IMG/VR virus record: IMGVR_UViG_3300027805_000017
Span: 1-56,806 of that record
Source of the DNA: a virus
Lineage: Duplodnaviria; Caudoviricetes
Direction: 5' to 3' (one strand)
Length of the DNA: 56,806 bases
This document shows, one piece after another, positions 9,495-18,997 of the stretch (within the stretch, counting starts at the first letter, position 1; each line of letters begins with the position of its first letter). Both the position numbers and the translations under genes were made by a program. The notes beneath the pieces are model-generated. The model did not search any database, had not been told where the DNA came from, and worked only from the letters and a program-made list of their open reading frames with translations.

Positions 9495-11024
9495 ATGACC
9501 GACATAACACGGTTCAAGGCAATCTTCTCCGGCCTAGATATTGCCTACGGCACCTACAGAATTGAGAAGTCGAAAGACAACGGCAAGCAGGCAGGCAAGG
9601 CCGTCGTCGTTCGCAAAGAGCCCACAGATGATCTCTGGGTCAAACACCTACAGGGCGTAGAACCGAGCCTTGGCATCATTCCTATCCGCGCGGATAACTC
9701 CTGCATTTGGGGTTGCGTGGACATTGACCAGTACCCGTTAGACTTGGCAGGACTTGTCAAGAAAGTGCGTCACTTAAATCTTCCTCTCGTCGTGTGCCGC
9801 AGCAAGTCTGGTGGCGCGCACGTGTTCCTGTTTACCACCGTCCCCGTCTCTGCATACGACATGCAGCGGTATCTCAAGACTGCGGCCGCCTTACTGGGTG
9901 AAGCAGGACGAGAGATTTTCCCCAAGCAAACAGAAATCCTGGTTGAGCGGGGTGATACGGGTAACTTTCTGAACCTGCCGTACTTTGGCGGCGATGATGG
10001 TCTGCGTTACGGTATCAAAGATGATGGCACTTCTGCCAGCATGGAAGAGTTCTACGAGATGTACGATAAGTACGTCCAGACGCCTCCTCTTGCGTTTCCA
10101 GAAGAGCCAAAGCAGGCAGAGCATCCGATCAAAGACGGTCCCCCATGCTTGCAAGCCCTTTGTGCACAAGGCTTTCCTGAAGGCACACGGAACAATGGCC
10201 TCTTTAACGTGGGCATCTATCTCAAGCGCGCAGTAGACGGCGGTTGGGAAGATAAACTCATGGAACACAACATGAAATACTTTGACCCGCCGCTTGGCAT
10301 GTCAGAGATTGGCCTCATCACCAAGCAATTACAAAAGAAAGACTACAAGTACAAGTGTAAAGACGCACCCATTAATTCGTTTTGCAATTCAGGGCTTTGC
10401 CGTACACGCAAGTTTGGCGTGGGGGCGGACGCACCCGATGCGCCACAACTCAGTTCCCTGTCAAAGTACAACAGCGAGCCGCCACTCTGGTTTCTGGATA
10501 TTAACGGCAAGCGCATAGAGCTTGAAACAGAAGCGCTCTTTAATCAACTGGCGTTTCAAAAAGCGTGTATCGAGAAGATCAATACGCTGCCACCGACCCT
10601 GCGCAAGCAAGATTGGGAGACTATGCTTAACGCTTTGCTACGTGAGATGGTAGAGCTCGAGCAGATCATTGAAGCGTCAGGCGATACAAGCATCTCTGGC
10701 AAGTTCTCTGACCTGGTAGAGGAGTTCTGCACGCACTTACAACAGGCCATGGACCGCGATGAAATTCTCTTGGGACGCCCATGGACGAATGAAGATGAAG
10801 GCAAGGTCTATTTCCGAATCAAGGATCTCGAACCCTTCCTGCGTCGCAATAACTTCGTCGGACTGTCTTCGCCTAAGATGGCGCAGCGCTTGCGTGAGAT
10901 GGGCGGCGAGCCGTTTAGCTTGTTTTTGAAAGGGCGCACCACCCGCACTTGGCGCCTTCCTTTGTTTGACAGGCAAGACGCACCCTTCGAGACACCGGAG
11001 ATGAAGAAGGGTACACCTTTTTGA
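9495..11024 (+). CDS. Primase (AEP/PrimPol-type) with PriCT-like region
   Basis: GCVDID (DxD), RSKSGGAHVFLF, GNFLNLPYF, PPCLQ..EGTRNNGLF. Confidence 0.82.
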   Translation: MTDITRFKAIFSGLDIAYGTYRIEKSKDNGKQAGKAVVVRKEPTDDLWVKHLQGVEPSLGIIPIRADNSCIWGCVDIDQYPLDLAGLVKKVRHLNLPLVVCRSKSGGAHVFLFTTVPVSAYDMQRYLKTAAALLGEAGREIFPKQTEILVERGDTGNFLNLPYFGGDDGLRYGIKDDGTSASMEEFYEMYDKYVQTPPLAFPEEPKQAEHPIKDGPPCLQALCAQGFPEGTRNNGLFNVGIYLKRAVDGGWEDKLMEHNMKYFDPPLGMSEIGLITKQLQKKDYKYKCKDAPINSFCNSGLCRTRKFGVGADAPDAPQLSSLSKYNSEPPLWFLDINGKRIELETEALFNQLAFQKACIEKINTLPPTLRKQDWETMLNALLREMVELEQIIEASGDTSISGKFSDLVEEFCTHLQQAMDRDEILLGRPWTNEDEGKVYFRIKDLEPFLRRNNFVGLSSPKMAQRLREMGGEPFSLFLKGRTTRTWRLPLFDRQDAPFETPEMKKGTPF

Positions 11025-11296
11025 ACCACAAGGTCATCATGCTGGAAGGCTTTAATGAAGCCATCGTGGGGTTTTGCTCCACGTGGCATGGTGACATCTT
11101 GGTGGATCGCGTGGTGTATGACGGAGAAGAGCTTGTCGATATCTTGCTCAGTATGCGAAAAGATATCCCAGAAGAAGAGGCTTATGAGTTTATTGAAAAC
11201 ACAATCATCAACACGTACTTGGGCGTAGGTGCGCCTGTAGTCATGTGGAAAGCTTCGCTGTTTGACATAGAAAGGTATACAGACGATGGTTATTAA
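11021..11296 (+). CDS. Conserved phage hypothetical protein
   Basis: GFNEAIVG..VVYD..EEAYEFIENTIINTYLG motif; overlaps both neighbours. Confidence 0.7.
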   Translation: MNHKVIMLEGFNEAIVGFCSTWHGDILVDRVVYDGEELVDILLSMRKDIPEEEAYEFIENTIINTYLGVGAPVVMWKASLFDIERYTDDGY

Positions 11297-12785
11297 TAAG
11301 GTGTTCGGTCCTCCCGGCTCAGGCAAAACGACCTACCTGCTTAACGTCGCACAAGCAGAGCTAGAGCGGGGGATTCCGCCACAACGTATTGGCTACTTTT
11401 CCTTTACGCGCAAAGCGGCCAACGAGGCCAAAGAGCGCGCCATTGCAAAGTTCCCAGAGCTGCAAGAAGACACAGACTTCCCGTGGTACCGCACGCTGCA
11501 TAGTCTTGCCTACCGATGCTTAGGCATCGGGCTTAAAGACATGATGACCCCCGAGCACTACAAAGAGTTTGCCAAAGAAGCGGGCATTGACCTGAACGTG
11601 GAAACAGGAGAAGAAGACTACGTCGTGCGCGCAGATCACCCTGTGCTCAATGAGATCAACATTGCACGCATTCGTGGCGAGGATCTACGTACCTACTACA
11701 ACCGCTCGGTGATGGAGATTGAGTGGTACCACTTTGAGTACGTCGAGCGCTGCTACCGTCACTATAAGCAAGCCAATAACCTACTGGACTTTACCGACCT
11801 GCTTGAGCGCTTACTGCTCGAGCCGCACCGCTTGCCAAGCCTAGAGACCGTCATCATTGACGAAGCACAAGACCTCTCACGCCTGCAGTGGGACTTGGTG
11901 CTAGAGTTGGCCGCCAGGTGCAACCAGGTCTATGTGGCCGGTGATGACGACCAAGCCTGTTTTAATTGGGCTGGGGCAGATGTACAGAGTTTTTTGGGCA
12001 TTGAAGGTAACATAAAAGTTCTCGAGCAATCCTATCGAGTCCCCGCCAAGGTACACAAGCTTGCCAATAGTGTCGTGCGCCGCATCCGCACAAGGCAAGA
12101 GAAGTCTTGGAACCCTAGAGACACCGAGGGCGATGTGCAGTACTACAATCACTTCGAGCAGGTGGATGTCACCCAAGGCGAGTGGCTCATCATGGCCGCC
12201 ACCAACTACATGCTCAACGACATGTATGCATGGCTCAAGAGCCAAGGACTATTGTTCGAGCGTAATGGGCAAAAAAGTATTTCGGACGCTATACTGACTG
12301 CCGTGCTCGGATGGGAGGCGTTGCGAAAGGGTAAAGAAGTGCCTTTCTCTGTGGTCAAACAGATCTATAAGTACCTTGGTTCTGAGTGTATCAAAAGAGG
12401 CTTCAAAACACTAATGGGGGCAGACCCTGAAGCCTTGTACAATATGGAAACCCTGCGCGAGAAGCATGGCCTCGCCTCTGACGACATCTGGCACGCAGCA
12501 CTCTCCAAAATAGGCGAGGATAAGCGCGATTACTTGATCGCGTTGTTGCGACGCGGCACACGGGTCACGGGCAAGGTCCGCGTGAAACTGTCCACGATCC
12601 ACGGCGCCAAAGGCGGTGAGGCCGACAACGTCTTGCTGCTCACGGATCTGTCCACGAAGTTTGCCCGCGAATACGACCGCAATGCTGACGATATACATCG
12701 CTTGTTTTATGTTGGACTGACCAGGGCTCGCGAATCACTGCACATTGTGCTACCCAAGAATGAACAAAAAGGTTTCAGACTGTGA
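11286..12785 (+). CDS. UvrD/REP-family (SF1) DNA helicase
   Basis: GPPGSGKT, IIDEAQD, AGDDDQA, LEQSYR, STIHGAKGGE, FYVGLTRAR. Confidence 0.93.
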   Translation: MVINKVFGPPGSGKTTYLLNVAQAELERGIPPQRIGYFSFTRKAANEAKERAIAKFPELQEDTDFPWYRTLHSLAYRCLGIGLKDMMTPEHYKEFAKEAGIDLNVETGEEDYVVRADHPVLNEINIARIRGEDLRTYYNRSVMEIEWYHFEYVERCYRHYKQANNLLDFTDLLERLLLEPHRLPSLETVIIDEAQDLSRLQWDLVLELAARCNQVYVAGDDDQACFNWAGADVQSFLGIEGNIKVLEQSYRVPAKVHKLANSVVRRIRTRQEKSWNPRDTEGDVQYYNHFEQVDVTQGEWLIMAATNYMLNDMYAWLKSQGLLFERNGQKSISDAILTAVLGWEALRKGKEVPFSVVKQIYKYLGSECIKRGFKTLMGADPEALYNMETLREKHGLASDDIWHAALSKIGEDKRDYLIALLRRGTRVTGKVRVKLSTIHGAKGGEADNVLLLTDLSTKFAREYDRNADDIHRLFYVGLTRARESLHIVLPKNEQKGFRL

Positions 12786-14647
12786 AGACAACACCCATGT
12801 TTCCCTCCCACTCAGAGTGGCTGCCCCCGCAGTCCTTCCCCGACTTATCAGAAGCAAAGGAAATCGCAATTGATCTCGAAACCTGTGACCCAAATCTGGA
12901 AAAGTTTGGACCTGGATGGCCAAGAAGAGACGGCTACATTGTCGGTTACGCCCTCGCTGTTGACGGATGGAAAGGGTACTTTCCTGTTGCTCATCAGGGC
13001 GGAGGGAACTTGGACAAGGGGCTCGTCGAGCGGTACATTCGAAAAGTCTTGGAAACAAACGCTGACAAAGTCATGCACAACGCCGCCTACGACTACGGAT
13101 GGCTCTTGGCTCACGGATTTACCATTAATGGCCGCGTCTACGACACCATGCTCGCCGCAGCCGTCTTGGATGAGAACCGTTACTCGTACGCTCTCAACAG
13201 TCTGGGCTTTGATTACCTCAAGGAAGTCAAGTCAGAGCAAGGGCTAAAGGAGGCGGCTGCCGACTTTGGCGTACACCCAAAAAAGGACATGTGGAAACTC
13301 CCCGCCATGTACGTCGGGGACTACGCCGAGCAGGACGCAGCGCTTACGCTCAAGCTCTGGAACCACTTTAAGATTCTCCTGCGCAAAGAAGAAGTCGAAT
13401 CCATCTTTGAACTGGAGACAAACCTCCTCCCCGTTCTCGTCAAAATGACCTTTAGAGGCATCCGTTTTGACCGTCTTCGTGCAGAAAACTGCATAAAAGA
13501 CATGAAAACGCGCGAAGACGCCCTCCAAAAGGAGATTAAAGCCGCGGCAGGCATGCCCGTTGACATGTGGGCGGCTGTCAGTATTGCCCGCGCATTTGAC
13601 AAGCTTGGCGTGGCCTATCCGCGCTCCCAGACGGGACTGCCGAGCTTTACAAAGTCGTTTCTTGACTCTAACCCCCATCCGCTGTCCAAGATGATCTTGG
13701 AAGCACGCGAGCTCAACAAGACACACAACACGTTCCTGCAGCCCTACCTTGACTTCTCGGACGTAGACGGGCGCATCCACCCCCACGTCAACCAACTACG
13801 CTCCGATGACGGAGGTACTGTGACAGGGCGCTTGTCCATGGCCACCCCCAACTTGCAGCAAGTGCCCGCACGCCACGAAGTGATCGGTCCCATGGTCAGA
13901 TCCCTCTTCCTACCAGAAGAAGGGCAGATGTGGGCAGCAAATGACTTCTCGAGCCAAGAACCGCGGTTGCTCGTCCATTACGCAACGCTTCTGAACCTAC
14001 CTGGTGCCGAAAAGATGGCTCAGGCATATAAGGATAACCCCGACACCGACTTTCACCAGATGGTGGCAGACATGGCCGGCATCCAGCGTAAGGCCGCCAA
14101 GACCATAGGCTTAGGCCTGATGTACGGCATGGGCAAGAATAAGCTTGCAGGGCAACTCGACATGCAGGTGGACGAAGCCTCAGAGCTTATCTCCACCTTC
14201 CACCAGAAGGTGCCCTTTCTGCGTGGCACAGTGGATGCCGTCATGCGCCGTATAGAACACCCCGCCTCGGGTGGCAGCATCCGCACGCTCTTGGGCCGCA
14301 AGTGCCGCTTCCCGCTATGGGAACCCACGGCATGGGGCATAAACAAGGCGCTGCCCTACGAACAAGCCATGGTGGAGTACGGCCCACGGATCAAGCGCGC
14401 AATGACCTACAAGGGCTTGAACAAGCTTATCCAAGGCTCGGCCGCCGATCAGACCAAGGCCGCTATGGTCGCACTCGACAAAGCAGGATTCAGAGTATTG
14501 CTCCAAGTTCACGACGAACTGGCCGTCAGTGTCAGCACCCGTGAGGAAGCAGAAGAGGCCGCCCGCATTATGTGCGCTGCGGTGGAGTTGGAAGTACCTT
14601 CCAGAGTAGACGTGGAGCTCGGCCCTTCATGGGGTGAGGCGAAATAA
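12782..14647 (+). CDS. polA: Family A DNA polymerase with 3'-5' exonuclease
   Basis: IDLET/HNAAYD/YAEQDA exo motifs; TGRLS, DFSSQEPR, KTIGLGLMYG, LLQVHDEL. Confidence 0.95.
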   Translation: MKTTPMFPSHSEWLPPQSFPDLSEAKEIAIDLETCDPNLEKFGPGWPRRDGYIVGYALAVDGWKGYFPVAHQGGGNLDKGLVERYIRKVLETNADKVMHNAAYDYGWLLAHGFTINGRVYDTMLAAAVLDENRYSYALNSLGFDYLKEVKSEQGLKEAAADFGVHPKKDMWKLPAMYVGDYAEQDAALTLKLWNHFKILLRKEEVESIFELETNLLPVLVKMTFRGIRFDRLRAENCIKDMKTREDALQKEIKAAAGMPVDMWAAVSIARAFDKLGVAYPRSQTGLPSFTKSFLDSNPHPLSKMILEARELNKTHNTFLQPYLDFSDVDGRIHPHVNQLRSDDGGTVTGRLSMATPNLQQVPARHEVIGPMVRSLFLPEEGQMWAANDFSSQEPRLLVHYATLLNLPGAEKMAQAYKDNPDTDFHQMVADMAGIQRKAAKTIGLGLMYGMGKNKLAGQLDMQVDEASELISTFHQKVPFLRGTVDAVMRRIEHPASGGSIRTLLGRKCRFPLWEPTAWGINKALPYEQAMVEYGPRIKRAMTYKGLNKLIQGSAADQTKAAMVALDKAGFRVLLQVHDELAVSVSTREEAEEAARIMCAAVELEVPSRVDVELGPSWGEAK

Positions 14648-14699
14648 AGCAACATAGATATTCCCTATCGGTAATTATTTCTAATAAAGAAATTTGTTC

Positions 14700-14740
14700 A
14701 AAAGTCCAGAAAATGTATGTTTTTTTTCTGGACTTTTTTT
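14700..14740. terminator. 14-bp inverted repeat after polA, probable terminator
   Basis: AAAAGTCCAGAAAA (14700-14713) / TTTTCTGGACTTTT (14724-14737), T tract follows. Confidence 0.55.
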
Positions 14741-14803
14741 ATGAAAAGGATTTATGATAAATCCAGTCCAGTAACGTATCATATTTAATTAGGAAGGAGA
14801 AAG

Positions 14804-15094
14804 ATGACGTACAACCAGAAGAAATATCCACGCCCCTTGTGGAAAAACAAACCAAGCTCCCCTGCAAATCGCAAGGAAGCGTGGGTCACGATCATGATCC
14901 GCAGCACCTTCTACGCCATGCTTCGTGAGCTCGCAGAGTTTCACAACATCACCATCGGTCAGGCCGCCATGTTTGCCATAGAAAAGGATTTCAGAGAAGT
15001 CTTGGAGAACAAACAAGGTCCTATGGAAAATCCCCCACCGCCCACGCGCCGCGGGCGCCCTAAAACAAAGGTGCTTTATGTCCCGAAGTTCTAA
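14804..15094 (+). CDS. Putative DNA-binding protein (RHH-like region plus AT-hook RRGRPK)
   Basis: WVTIMIRSTFYAMLRELAE pattern; strong RBS GGAAGGAG. Confidence 0.55.
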   Translation: MTYNQKKYPRPLWKNKPSSPANRKEAWVTIMIRSTFYAMLRELAEFHNITIGQAAMFAIEKDFREVLENKQGPMENPPPPTRRGRPKTKVLYVPKF

Positions 15095-15323
15095 GTCCGC
15101 GTACCTCTCTTCACGGCTCACGGTGGATGTTGTGATGCAGTACGAGATTCTGCCCCCAGAAGAGGATATACCACTACAAATTGATATCACCGCCCTGTAC
15201 CTAAACCTTGTAACCCCTAACCCAGAGAAGTTTCGCCGTATCAACATACTAAATGCAATATCTGAATCAGAGATTATTAACCTAGAGGACGAAATCCTCA
15301 CCCAAATCGGAGAATTACCATGA
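15078..15323 (+). CDS. Hypothetical protein (81 aa)
   Basis: Overlap-coupled ORF in co-oriented cluster. Confidence 0.6.
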   Translation: MSRSSKSAYLSSRLTVDVVMQYEILPPEEDIPLQIDITALYLNLVTPNPEKFRRINILNAISESEIINLEDEILTQIGELP

Positions 15324-15484
15324 CTTTATTTCTTAAAAAGTACGTAATCGCAGCAATCCTGGCGCTTACCACCACCGCCGCTTATGCCGCATGTGTCACC
15401 AACACCGTGGTCGGTCCCCGCGGACAGATGGTCATATGCACCACCTGCTGCCTAAACGGGTCATGCACGACCACCTGCATGTAA
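15320..15484 (+). CDS. Secreted cysteine-rich miniprotein (54 aa; signal peptide plus 31-aa, 6-Cys mature peptide), not in the ORF track
   Basis: Manual translation MTLFLKKYVIAAILALTTTAAYA-ACVTNTVVGPRGQMVICTTCCLNGSCTTTCM; GGAG RBS; ATGA coupling. Confidence 0.8.
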   Translation: MTLFLKKYVIAAILALTTTAAYAACVTNTVVGPRGQMVICTTCCLNGSCTTTCM

Positions 15485-15508
15485 TCCAACAAATCCAAGG
15501 AGAAAACT

Positions 15509-15733
15509 ATGGAATGCAAAGTTCGGATAGGAATTGCCTATGAGCCAAAGTGGTTCGAGCGCCGCCAGACAAACGGATGGTACTCGGCCAAGAACCCTGT
15601 GCTCGACAATGATGCTACGTTGCTACAAAACATGTTAATCGGGGTTCAACAACGACGCAGAGGCAAGAAGATTGCCTTGGTCAGCATTGCGTGGATTGCG
15701 GGTGCCGTGGCTTACTTCTCTTTCTTTATGTGA
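15509..15733 (+). CDS. Hypothetical protein with C-terminal transmembrane segment
   Basis: AAGGAG RBS; hydrophobic IALVSIAWIAGAVAYFSFFM. Confidence 0.65.
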   Translation: MECKVRIGIAYEPKWFERRQTNGWYSAKNPVLDNDATLLQNMLIGVQQRRRGKKIALVSIAWIAGAVAYFSFFM

Positions 15734-15740
15734 GGGCAAC

Positions 15741-15920
15741 ATGAACCAGACAATGATTAACTTTTTAAGGATCTTGGACCACGGCGCGGTGTTGACCGCC
15801 CAGGAGATGCGTGACCTGCATTCAGGAATTCGAGAGCTGCAAATGCAACTCGCCTACTGGAAAGACATCGCCGAGGATCGCAAGCGCATGCTCAACATGG
15901 TGCTGGAGACAAAGAAATGA
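15741..15920 (+). CDS. Hypothetical protein (59 aa)
   Basis: ATG 15741 after GAGG; coiled-coil-like. Confidence 0.55.
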   Translation: MNQTMINFLRILDHGAVLTAQEMRDLHSGIRELQMQLAYWKDIAEDRKRMLNMVLETKK

Positions 15921-16087
15921 AATCAATGAACAACGAATGGATAATCGAAGCACTTGAGAAAGACGATTTTGTTTATATCGAAGACAATGTTTTTCTACGT
16001 CTGAAATCTGTTGCTGGTCTTACTCTGGTAGCAGAATTAAAAGCTAGATGGATACGAGATGACTTGATTGAAGAGAGGAAAACATAA
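15917..16087 (+). CDS. Hypothetical protein (56 aa)
   Basis: Manual translation MKSMNNEWII..ERKT; ATGA and TAATG coupling. Confidence 0.55.
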   Translation: MKSMNNEWIIEALEKDDFVYIEDNVFLRLKSVAGLTLVAELKARWIRDDLIEERKT

Positions 16088-16248
16088 TGGCACTGACAAC
16101 AAAACAAATGGCAGAAAGTGTATTAAAGATTCTTGATAAATGTGTAGAGCATTACCCTGAAGAAGAGCGTGAGGAAGCTAAGGTCGTACTGTTGAATGCG
16201 CTTTCTGGTCAGATGTTTAGCATGGGCATGAGGGAGAAAGAGAAATGA
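16087..16248 (+). CDS. Hypothetical protein (53 aa)
   Basis: Manual translation MALTTKQMAE..EKEK; coupled at both ends. Confidence 0.55.
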   Translation: MALTTKQMAESVLKILDKCVEHYPEEEREEAKVVLLNALSGQMFSMGMREKEK

Positions 16249-16487
16249 AGCCAAAGGACTACCACAAAGAACACGAAGTGGGTATCCGACTCACTGGCAC
16301 TGAGTACAAGATTCAATCAAGCGAAGGTAGCTTCATGCTGTGGAAAGAGAGTTGTTGGGATGAGAGCATGGCAGACCAAACCAAAGTGGTCGTGGATGGT
16401 GAGGTTATGACATCGGCACAAGCCAAACGGAAGCATTTACATGACAGGCTTGATATGTGGATGGACAACAATTGGAGACTTGAATGA
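16245..16487 (+). CDS. Hypothetical protein (80 aa)
   Basis: ATGA-coupled ORF. Confidence 0.6.
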   Translation: MKPKDYHKEHEVGIRLTGTEYKIQSSEGSFMLWKESCWDESMADQTKVVVDGEVMTSAQAKRKHLHDRLDMWMDNNWRLE

Positions 16488-16783
16488 AAAACAAACACTA
16501 CGACATGATTGTTGCTTGGGCTGAGGGTAAACAGATCCAAAATTTCAATGAAAACACGGGGGAATGGCAAGACTTGATTGCACCCCCGTACTGGATCAAA
16601 AACTTTCAGTACCGCATTAAGCCCGAAGAAAAGCAACCTGTGGTGCGGTGGTTGTGGGCTATAGATAAGGGGAATGGTTTTGAACTGCATCCACGGTTTG
16701 TTAGTGATGAAAAGATTCCATATCCTGCAATGCGGTATGCAGCAATTCGCCTTGACTGGTCACGCACGGAGTTTCCAGAATGA
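16484..16783 (+). CDS. Conserved phage hypothetical protein
   Basis: IVAWAEGKQIQ..W.D..P.W..YRIKP motif common in phage accessory ORFs. Confidence 0.7.
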   Translation: MKNKHYDMIVAWAEGKQIQNFNENTGEWQDLIAPPYWIKNFQYRIKPEEKQPVVRWLWAIDKGNGFELHPRFVSDEKIPYPAMRYAAIRLDWSRTEFPE

Positions 16784-17184
16784 ACATGAAAGAAATCAAC
16801 GAAGACTTTGACCGTGAGTACGAGCGGTACAGTCGTGAGCATAAAGAGGGGTTCGTAAAGATCAAGCACTCTGACGAAGACTTAAAGGCTGCGGTACTCA
16901 AGGAAAGAGAGGCTTGTGCGGAGATTGCAAGGTTTGCAAGGATGCATTCAATAGCCGATGCAATTATGAAAAGAGGCAGGAATATGTCTACAAAACAGGA
17001 AAATATCGACACATCCGAAGAACGTGTACACGAAACGGACAAATCTATACATGATGACGATGACATCCAAGAATACAAAAGACCTTGGGTAGGGCTGTCT
17101 GATGTGGAGATTGTCGCTTGTGGTTGGTGTGATTTAAGATTTGCCCGTGCCATCGAAGCCAAGCTACGGGAGCGCAACACATGA
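16780..17184 (+). CDS. Mosaic hypothetical protein
   Basis: EREACA..IADAI and PWVGLSD..FARAIEAKL modules. Confidence 0.65.
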   Translation: MNMKEINEDFDREYERYSREHKEGFVKIKHSDEDLKAAVLKEREACAEIARFARMHSIADAIMKRGRNMSTKQENIDTSEERVHETDKSIHDDDDIQEYKRPWVGLSDVEIVACGWCDLRFARAIEAKLRERNT

Positions 17185-17363
17185 TCCCGCCACTAACTGA
17201 CGCAGACCCAGAGTGGTGTACCGACATGGCAGCAGCACCGCATGGACGTAAACTGATTGCCTTGAACCCAAGTGGTGTTGCTGTCTTTGCTGTGCTGTCT
17301 GCAAGGAACCTGAAAGATTTCCATGCGTGGTACCCATTACCAAAACTGAAGGACAAGATATGA
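17181..17363 (+). CDS. Hypothetical protein (60 aa)
   Basis: ATGA-coupled; AWYPLP C-terminal motif. Confidence 0.6.
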   Translation: MIPPLTDADPEWCTDMAAAPHGRKLIALNPSGVAVFAVLSARNLKDFHAWYPLPKLKDKI

Positions 17364-17857
17364 TTAGCCGTAAACAACAACAAGTGCTTGACATCCTCGC
17401 AACCCGAGAGAACATGACAGCCGCAGAGATTGCCTTCGGGGTAGTGTCAGAGGTAAAAGCCACCTCCAAGCACCTGCGCCTACTGGAGGACATGGGCAAG
17501 ATTTTTGTATGCGAATGGCGTAAGGGCAAGTATGGTGTGCCCACCAAGGTATACAAGCTTGGCGAGGGGGAGTCCGTGGTGCTCGTCAATAAGCGCAAGA
17601 AGTCTGAGGCCAACGCAATACAGGACGCTGCGCGCAAAGCATTTAATAAGCGCAACCTGTACGATATCTCCGCGCCCATCATGCCCAACACCGGATGGGT
17701 GTCCACGATACACTCACGTGACTACGTCATGCAGCATGGTGACCATATTAAATTCATGGAGCGCTTCAAACCCCACGCGGACCACGCCTCCGAATGGCTT
17801 TTTAACAACCCCAAAGTAGAACTACTAGGAGCAAGATATGATCTCGTACAAGGATGA
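17360..17857 (+). CDS. Putative winged-helix DNA-binding protein
   Basis: QQVLDIL..MTAAEIA..SKHLRLLEDMGKI; start taken at ATG 17360. Confidence 0.6.
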   Translation: MISRKQQQVLDILATRENMTAAEIAFGVVSEVKATSKHLRLLEDMGKIFVCEWRKGKYGVPTKVYKLGEGESVVLVNKRKKSEANAIQDAARKAFNKRNLYDISAPIMPNTGWVSTIHSRDYVMQHGDHIKFMERFKPHADHASEWLFNNPKVELLGARYDLVQG

Positions 17858-18014
17858 AGGCCGCCCCCCACGCCAAGGGCTTAACATTTACTCAAGCACC
17901 GATCCCTACAGCAAAGGTTTTGAGATCAGGATTTGGCGAGGCGTACTGAGCGTGCGCTACAGTAAGATCGTCAAGCGTTGGAAAATAAAAACTTTTTGGC
18001 TCAGGAGCATATGA
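17838..18014 (+). CDS. Hypothetical protein (58 aa)
   Basis: Manual translation MISYKDEG..WLRSI; AGGAG RBS. Confidence 0.5.
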   Translation: MISYKDEGRPPRQGLNIYSSTDPYSKGFEIRIWRGVLSVRYSKIVKRWKIKTFWLRSI

Positions 18015-18172
18015 TGGTCAAGGCACTACAGAAGGTTCCACCCATCACGGGCACACCCTTTAAGCCCTATAACCCGAACCGCATTCCCGTCGTGCACCGC
18101 CGGTCCCCGATCCAAGACGCACCCAGCATGATCAGCGGTAAACTATACCCCGCCCCCAAGGAGAGAAAATGA
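18011..18172 (+). CDS. Hypothetical protein (53 aa)
   Basis: AGGAG RBS before ATG 18011; coupled downstream. Confidence 0.5.
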   Translation: MMVKALQKVPPITGTPFKPYNPNRIPVVHRRSPIQDAPSMISGKLYPAPKERK

Positions 18173-18402
18173 ATCTAGATGCAAATGCAACCCCAGAAGA
18201 CGAGGCCTTCGCAGAGATGGAGGAGCGCATGAAAAACAGGGTTGTTGAGCGCTACGTCCAACGCGCCCAGATTGAGGCCGCACGCTTTATCCAAGATAAT
18301 AAGGATCTGCTAGGCTTGATGACAGTCAGAAAAGCCTTTGAGCTCGGCTACCGCCATGGTTATAGCGACGCACAAGGAGAGAAGTCATGTACACGCCCTT
18401 AG
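18169..18402 (+). CDS. Hypothetical protein (77 aa)
   Basis: AAGGAG RBS; ATGA coupling. Confidence 0.6.
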   Translation: MNLDANATPEDEAFAEMEERMKNRVVERYVQRAQIEAARFIQDNKDLLGLMTVRKAFELGYRHGYSDAQGEKSCTRP

Positions 18403-18749
18403 ACAAGCTATTCACGCCCGACGAGGTCTACATCTTGGAGGAGCACAAGAAGGCCATAGAAGAGCGCCGCGGCTCTATCGAGCATGAGGTCAAGACCGCC
18501 AACGCCAAGCTCTCCGCCAGACTCACCGCCAACGCCAAGCAAGTAGGTGGCACGCACTACAAAGACATGGGCGTGCAGCCCTGGGATGTTGTAGACACAT
18601 GGCCATATGAGCAGCGCATCGGCTATTACCGTGGCGGAGCGCTGAAGTACGTCATGCGAAGCGGCAGGAAGGATGAAGAAATACAAGAAGCAGGAAAAGC
18701 CCTCCATTACCTAGAAAAACTCATCGAAACTTTAAAGGAAAAATCATGA
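18387..18749 (+). CDS. DUF3310 (SaV-like / T7 gp1.7-related) protein
   Basis: QVGGTHYK..QPWD..GGALKYVMRSGRK..KALHYLEKLIE. Confidence 0.85.
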   Translation: MYTPLDKLFTPDEVYILEEHKKAIEERRGSIEHEVKTANAKLSARLTANAKQVGGTHYKDMGVQPWDVVDTWPYEQRIGYYRGGALKYVMRSGRKDEEIQEAGKALHYLEKLIETLKEKS

Positions 18750-18997
18750 GCACAAACCTCACCCACTACGGCTTCTCACAACAGGCCTTCCCCACTTGGG
18801 TCGCCGATGACAGCATGATGCCAGGCATGTCCTTGGTCGATTACTTCGCCACCCAAGCCTTGGCCATCGCCTCCAAAGACACCCCCAACCACTTTGAGGC
18901 CGCAAGGAATGCCTACGAGATGGCAGGCGCTATGATGGTCGCGCGCCACGAATACCACAAAAAGCACCACGTGCCTGCAGCACCATCCTCACCATGA
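18746..18997 (+). CDS. Small helical protein of the GMxLRDYFA..AYxMADAML family, copy 1
   Basis: AFP..GMSLVDYFATQAL..AYEMAGAMMVAR. Confidence 0.7.
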   Translation: MSTNLTHYGFSQQAFPTWVADDSMMPGMSLVDYFATQALAIASKDTPNHFEAARNAYEMAGAMMVARHEYHKKHHVPAAPSSP

